Shown here: piece after piece, positions 56,433 to 64,000 of the stretch
How positions within the stretch are numbered: the stretch's first letter is position 1
Layout: each line of letters starts with the position of its first letter
Origin: Octopus vulgaris
Taxonomy: Eukaryota
Assembly: GCA_951406725.2 (NCBI GenBank)
Contig: OX597817.1
Span: forward strand, 49,166,001-49,230,000
Direction of reading: 5' to 3'
DNA length: 64,000 nucleotides
The notes under the pieces: generated by a model
What the model was told of the DNA's origin: nothing
Database searches by the model: none
Seen by the model: only the letters and a program-made list of their open reading frames with translations
Program-made: the position numbers and the translations under genes

Positions 56433-56437
56433 CATAC

Positions 56438-56511
<74 letters not shown>

Positions 56512-57102
56512 ACAAGTAACAATGACTATTTATTACAAATCTGAATATGCCCAAGATGTCAGGTAGGGTAAATGTCTTTTTCGTATCATTGGGCAGAAAG
56601 AACGAAGACTAGACTCTGCAGAAGACTATCGGACTGCATGCACTAATAGACAAATATCCAGCCTTGTTCCGCTCTCTCATGTTTATTCATCTTCAGTGTT
56701 AAGTTACCTGTACACGTGTGTATGTGTAATAAATATATTTCAACTTAAACTCAATGAGTATACTTTTCATGTATATGCGATGGATTCTCCCGTCGAAGAA
56801 GACGTATCAGCGTTCAGTTTTTGCCGAACGGCCTACACAAATGATATGTTTATATTGATCAAATGTACGTTCTGTATATTAGCTCAAGCCCTCCATCAAA
56901 TCGACGTTGCTTGAACAGGTACACGGTGTACCGCACTTCGAGTGTTGAAGTTATTCTATATATATATCACAAAGCAACATGAGATGAAGTGTTTTGCTCA
57001 AGAACACAACGCACCACCCGGCCTAGGAATTGAAACCACAATCTCGGGATCGGCAGTGCAACGCTCTAGTCACTAGGCCATGCATCCTCACTGAAAAAAA
57101 AA

Positions 57103-57317
57103 TTCAGTTCTATATTTAAGTGATGAAGAATTATGTACATTATTTACAATTGACGGATATTTGTCCCCATCTTGTTTGTTGTTAGCACAACGTTTCAGCT
57201 GATATACCCTCCAATCTTCATCAGGTGTCTTGGGGAAATTTCGAACCTGGGTTCTCATTCCTAAGGTATTTTTCGATGTTGTTGTTGTTATTGTTGCTGT
57301 TGTTGTTGTTGTTGTTG

Positions 57318-57364
<47 letters not shown>

Positions 57365-58101
57365 TAGTTTTATTTTTATTTTTATAGCGTGCTTTCACTT
57401 CACTACCGAGCGCAGCTCTGTGTGCCTTGGGTATGTGCTGTGATTTGTTGTGATGCTCTGATGGTTATTGTATGGAAAGTGTTCTGCGTAGGATGTGTGC
57501 AGTGCCTAGTAGTGCAATTTTCTGTATGTTATATGTGTTTGTAAGTCCTGGTGTTTTTGTTATGTATTTGTCTGAATATTTTTTTATCATGCCTAATGCA
57601 CCTACTATGATAGGAATTGTTTCTGTTTTCAGATTCCACATTCTAGTTACCTCTATTTCCAGGTCTTTGTATTTTGAGAGTTTCTCCATTTCTTTTAGAG
57701 ACACGTTGTCATCTGCCAGTACTGATACATCAATTAGAAAGCATTTTTTTCTTCATGATCTCTGACAACTATATCTGGTCTGTTGGCCTTAATTTCTCTA
57801 TCTGTGTGTATCGGCATATCCCAGAGTATGGTTGCTTTCTCGTTTTCTGTGACCTTTTCTGGTGTGTGCCTATACCATCTTTTTTCTGTTGTTATTCCAT
57901 AATGTTGGCATAGCTTCCAATGTATGTAAGTTCCAACTCTGTCATGTCTGTGAATATATTCCTTCTTAGCCAGGACTGGGCAGCTAGAGATAATATGATT
58001 TATTGTTTCTTGTCCATCTCCACATATTCTGCAGTTACTTGTAATATTTCTTTTCATTACATGTTTTTGGTAATTTCTGGTGGGGAGGCTTTGGTCTTGT
58101 G

Positions 58102-58156
<55 letters not shown>

Positions 58157-58265
58157 CATTATTATTATTATTATTATTATTCAGGTCACTGCTTGGAATC
58201 GAACTCGGAATCTTAGGGTTAAGAGCGTTGGCTATTAACCCCAAGATTCCGAGTTCGATTCCAAG
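57103..58265 (-). mobile_element. tRNA-head + (AAT)n + hammerhead element, interrupted by a Dong-like LINE
   Basis: Head with B box gagttcgattcc (58181-58265), AAT tract, then 57280-57103 homologous to 51748-51903, with CTGATGA at 57224-57218 and GAAA at 57196-57193. Confidence 0.6.
57362..58102 (-). mobile_element. R4/Dong-clade non-LTR retrotransposon, 5'-truncated (CCHC + REL endonuclease)
   Basis: CRICGDGQETINHIISSC, HRHDRV, ANRPDIVV, KEMEKLSKY, PIIVGALG; one frameshift near 57745; (TAA)n on both sides. Confidence 0.9.
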
Positions 58266-59555
58266 TTTTGATTCTAGTTTTGAGAATCCTAAATTCTCAA
58301 GATTGGTATTTAGGTAGTGTGTTTACATATCCTCGTGCCTCAGTTATTACAGGTCTAAACCTGAACTCTTAATCTGGATAGAATAACTGCAGATTTCTCA
58401 ATAGTTCAGCATAGATATTCCCTTTTTCGCTGATGCATGAATGTATTCATGTGCGACTATATATTTATGCATATGTATGTGTTTGTGTAAGCATATATGT
58501 TTACATATATGTATATGTGTACATACACATGTGTATGCACGCATATGCATGTACCCACACATATGCGCACACATACACATATGTTGATTAAAGGGGATTA
58601 ATTAAGATTGGGATATATCAAAGTGAAGCATACCACATTATTAGTTGCACGCTAAAATACAAATGAACTGGTAAACTTTTCTGAAAGTTTACAGTCTTTG
58701 GTAATCTACCACTCCAAGAGTACCCGATGTTGAAGTGAACCTCAGCGTCGTGTAAAATAGAATAAAAACGAACTAACATAGAACTGAATTTTTTTTTTGT
58801 CAGTGAGGACGCATGGCCTAGTGACTATGCCGTTGCACTGTCGATCCCGATAACGTGGTTTCAATTCCTAGGTCGGGTGGTGCGTTGTGTTCTTGAGTAA
58901 AACACTTCATATCATGTTGCTTTGTGATATATATATAGAATAACTTCAACACTCGAAGTGCGGTACACCGTGTACCTGTTCAGCCAACGTCGATTTGATG
59001 GAGGGATTGAGCTAATATGCATCACATACATTTGATCACTATAAACATATCCTTTGTGCAGGCCGTTTGGCGAAAGCTGAACGCTCATACGTCATCTTCG
59101 ACGGGAGAGGCCATTACATATACATGAAGAGTATACTCATTGAGGTCAAGTTGAAATATATTTATTACACACACACGCTGGTATGTAGGAAGTGCAACCA
59201 GTATAAGATGCTGCAAAAGACAAGAGAGAATTTCGCCGATTTTCATATTACATAAGAGCAAATATCTACGCACCGTTGGACAGCGTATCCTCATATCTAT
59301 ACACGCGCACGCACCGACCACCTACACACATACAACACATTCATTGATCGATATTTGCTATTATAAGGAAATATCACGACTCTACTGAAAGAATACAAAC
59401 GCTTCCGGTATTATACTTAAGCGGATTAGCTAAACTGCATCTTATTTAAGAAATGCTTTCAACGTTTTCATATTTTCGGAGTAATTATATCTACATTAAA
59501 TTCTTCCTTAAGTCTTTACTGAAACTATGTTATTAACTGTCAATATACCAATGGA

Positions 59556-59592
<37 letters not shown>

Positions 59593-59960
59593 AAATCCGT
59601 TCTGTCTGTGTGTGTGTCTTCTAGGATCTTGGGCATCCTCCATCCGATTGTGCTCAAATTTGACATGTAGATACCTACGTTATCAGGGCGTGTATAAGTC
59701 TTGAAAAAAATTACAAAAATCAATTTCAGGTGACAATGCTATCGATAAAGCTGTGGGAACGTGCATTTGTACGCGCCAGTACATCAGCTATTGCGATCGA
59801 TACTACGCGTATGCGTGAAAATTGCACGTGCAGTTTGCGCAAAAAAAGCCGCTGGCTTGAAATAATGCCACAAAATGGGACGGTCGGACTTGTTTTGAAA
59901 AAATTTGGTTTAAATGTTTGGCAACTCAGCACCGTCCATTGGACGGGGGGCGTTTTGCTC

Positions 59961-59961
<1 letters not shown>
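59556..59961 (+). mobile_element. Non-autonomous Helitron, family B
   Basis: A|TCTATATA start, ctgtctgtgtgtg microsatellite, ccgattgtgctcaaatttg, terminal hairpin ccgtcca-t-tggacgg, then CTCG|T. Confidence 0.72.
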
Positions 59962-60029
<68 letters not shown>

Positions 60030-60030
<1 letters not shown>

Positions 60031-60600
60031 TATATAGTAGCGACATCCAAAAATTAGAACGCTTTCACCAACAAAAGCTGCGTTCAGTTTTGAGCATCAT
60101 GTGGGAACACCGTGGGACCAATAACAAAGACCTTGAAAAAGCTAACAGTCAAAGTACTATCGAATCACTGATCATGAAATACCGTATTCGATGGTCACGA
60201 CACGTCAACTTTTATTCAGTGAGCTCACATCAGGAAAAAGACAACGTGTTTGCCCTCTTTAAAGATACAAGGGCCAACTCAAAGTAACACTGAAAGCCAC
60301 TGGAATTGAGCCTAAGTCGTTTGAAACACAGGTCCGAGACCGTACCAATTGTCGGTGTTCCATCACTATCGGAATCAAAAACTTCGAAGAGACGAGAAGA
60401 GAAAGAAAACGAAGAAATGAAACGACAAGAGAGACAGGCTCCACAAAATCACCTTCGATCTCTACCGACATTGCCATGCAGCCAATCCCATCGACTCTTC
60501 TATGCAAGAATTGGTCTACACTCTTCAATGGCATCACCATAAAAGAAGTGTTCAGCAAAGAAAATAAATACTCAGATACGAGATAAAGCCGACAACGACG
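60030..60600 (+). mobile_element. RTE-clade LINE 3' fragment
   Basis: YSSDIQKLERFHQQKLRSVLSIMWEH...TIESLIMKYRIRWSRHV, then in another frame LLFSELTSGKR...RYKGQLKVTLK; typical RTE C-terminus. Confidence 0.85.
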
Positions 60601-60623
60601 ATATATGCATACATACATATATA

Positions 60624-60859
60624 CAGAAATCCCTGGCCATATCGCGGTTCACCTATCGCGCACTCAGTACATCGTGGTTCACCTATCGTGCACTCAGTAC
60701 ATCGTGGATTTTTCTGACTAGTATATGTAAATTTATATCGCGGAATACTCAGTATATCGCGGGTTTCTGCAGCCGATAGGTATTTATATTTTTTTAGATT
60801 TTAATTATTTCTGTGGGAGGTTTTGGAACGTAACACCCGTGATAGTCGAAGGATTACTG
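60624..60859. mobile_element. Tigger/pogo-like MITE, third copy, with 30-bp internal duplication
   Basis: TIR cagaaatccctgg / cgaaggattactg; repeated cg.ggttcacctatcg.gcactcagtacat. Confidence 0.75.
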
Positions 60860-61195
<336 letters not shown>

Positions 61196-62458
61196 TGGCC
61201 GGTCTATGGGGATACCTTGGCTTTCGCGTCCACAAAGCGCTTAGTTTTACAGCGTTTCTTCAAACCCTAAGTAGAGTTGAGAGAGGCTGGTATTGGTCTA
61301 AGTCGGCAAGATATTTATTATCTAGAAAAATCAAATCAACTAAAAGAATGCACTAAGCTTGCTGTTTCGAGCATCGTACTTCTTTAAGAAAGAGTTGACA
61401 CGAAAGGCATCAATGTGCACCAGCAGGGTTTCACATCCTTTAAGTTAGAAAAACTGACTGCAGCAGTTGAGTCTCACGTAGTTCTGCGTTCCTCATCAGT
61501 TGCAGCCAGATTTTTTAACACATTAATTTCGTTCCTGTCAAATTCCTATGCGCATATGTATCAGTGTATGTATGCAAGTTTGTATTTAAGTATGAATTTA
61601 TATGCAATATAATGTGTCAGTCTGTCACCAAAGCAGATTGTTTTTTTTTCCTTTCAAAGTTACGGTTGATAAAGCAAGCGACAGTGATCATCTGGACCGA
61701 TTTATATACGCTATGACAAATCGATATCTTTTATTATGTATTTGCTTTAGTAATTGGATTGCGGCCATGCTAGGGCACCGCTTTGGAGAATTTTCATAAA
61801 AAAAAACGACACCAGCTGTAAAACGATGAAAGAGTGACAAACATACGCACACACACGCACACATATACATACATATACATACACACACACATACACACAC
61901 ACTCACACACACGCATATATATATATATATTACGGTCTTCAATACGGTTCTGGTTCCTGTCAACCAAATTCACCCTCAAGGTAGTACTCAAGGTGTCGCG
62001 CAGTGGTACTGAACTTGAAACCACGTATTTACAAAGCGAACCTCTAAACAAAACATTTTTCAGACGAATATTATTACCACTAATTTTTATTCTTATTTTG
62101 GTGCCGAAGATGAGATTGACTCGTAAAACGTTTGTCTGTAATGATGCAGCGTAAAAAAATTAATCTCCTAATGCGTTTTAAGCTAAAACATCTCACTTTT
62201 TTTTTATTGTATCCAAAAAATTACAGCCAAAAACAGTTAAATTCTTTTCTGCGTTTAACATTAAAGGATTGGTTAGTTTTAATAGTCTAGCAGAAATGCT
62301 AACCTAGGGCTTTGAGTGAAACCAACAGATTCCATATTGTATATATTACAGTCTTTCTATTCCCTGTAGGATTATGTAATTACTTTTAAGAACAAAATTC
62401 AAAACTTTCCTTCCGACCACTCTCTTCCGATTCATAGAATAACGAAAAGAATAAATAC

Positions 62459-62518
<60 letters not shown>

Positions 62519-62974
62519 TGATGATGATGATAAAGAGTGAAGAAAAGAAAAGTTTCCAAATGTTCGAGTTTGAAAAGTTTCGTAACAAAATTAAAATTAC
62601 ATTTGAAGCATTCGCTACTATTCATAACCAACGTATTTATATTAACTCACAATCATAAACCCTGTAACTCTGTCTGTCTGTATCTCTCTCTCTCTCTCTC
62701 TCCTACTTACTATTTATTTGGTCTCTTCCTCCTTTTTTCCTGTTTTTCTCCGTATACCAAACGATATACGTTAAATAATGGACATAGAAAAAAAATTCGT
62801 TATTCTGATGTTAAAAGTAATTAAAAATATAATAGGTTTGTTCTGTTTTTGCCCGATTTTACGTCTTTACTTTACATGTTTTAGATTTGTTTCAAATTCA
62901 TATATTTACATAAATAATAAAACTGGAGTTATGGCAAGCTTTTAAAGGAAAAAAAGAACTTCCATCATCAGACA

Positions 62975-63622
<648 letters not shown>

Positions 63623-63638
63623 ACTATCTATCTATCTA

Positions 63639-63685
<47 letters not shown>

Positions 63686-63864
63686 GTATATATATGTATA
63701 TATATATATATTAAAAAAATATATATAAAAATACAAAATGAGACAAGAACGCAAAACACTCAAAGAGACGACACAAAAAACGGACGGGTCATTCGAAGCC
63801 TCTAATCTTCAGTCAAGAACCGGATCATCCTCGCAATTTCGGCTGATTAATCTTGAGATCGCTC

Positions 63865-63905
<41 letters not shown>

Positions 63906-64000
63906 ATACATGTATTTGCATGTAAATGTACATATATATATCCTTTTGTACGCTTGCCGTCTTTGAGTTGGGAGTAGAAGATCTGTTTGGGAAGTCGTTC

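Larger units (their letters stand above)
56715..59177. repeat. Inverted duplication: ~400-bp composite arms (56715-57113, 58778-59177)
   Basis: Both arms have the same order and junctions: unknown repeat X, tatatata, SINE head, poly-A, ttcagttctat. Confidence 0.9.

Overview
Eukaryotic, very AT-rich, repeat-saturated intergenic or intronic DNA. The SINE repertoire and microsatellite density look like an octopus (coleoid cephalopod) genome; that assignment is inference. No host protein-coding gene, rRNA, genuine tRNA or CRISPR array is supported, and nearly all track ORFs are microsatellite artefacts. The real content is: (1) several tRNA-derived SINE families in many copies; (2) two mariner derivatives plus Tc1/mariner and Tigger-like MITEs; (3) three non-autonomous Helitrons and a decayed Helitron PIF1-helicase 3' end; (4) 3' fragments of Tx1/L1-, R4/Dong-, RTE- and CR1/L2-like LINEs; (5) several long fold-back structures. 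The most interesting signal is a set of hammerhead-ribozyme motifs of the dimer-type seen in Penelope-like elements and retrozymes. They sit in short, microsatellite-associated non-autonomous elements. One of these combines a tRNA-like head, an (AAT)n tract invaded by a Dong-like LINE, and a hammerhead, all inside a ~2.5 kb inverted duplication. Coordinates and mismatch counts were read by eye and may be off by a few bases.
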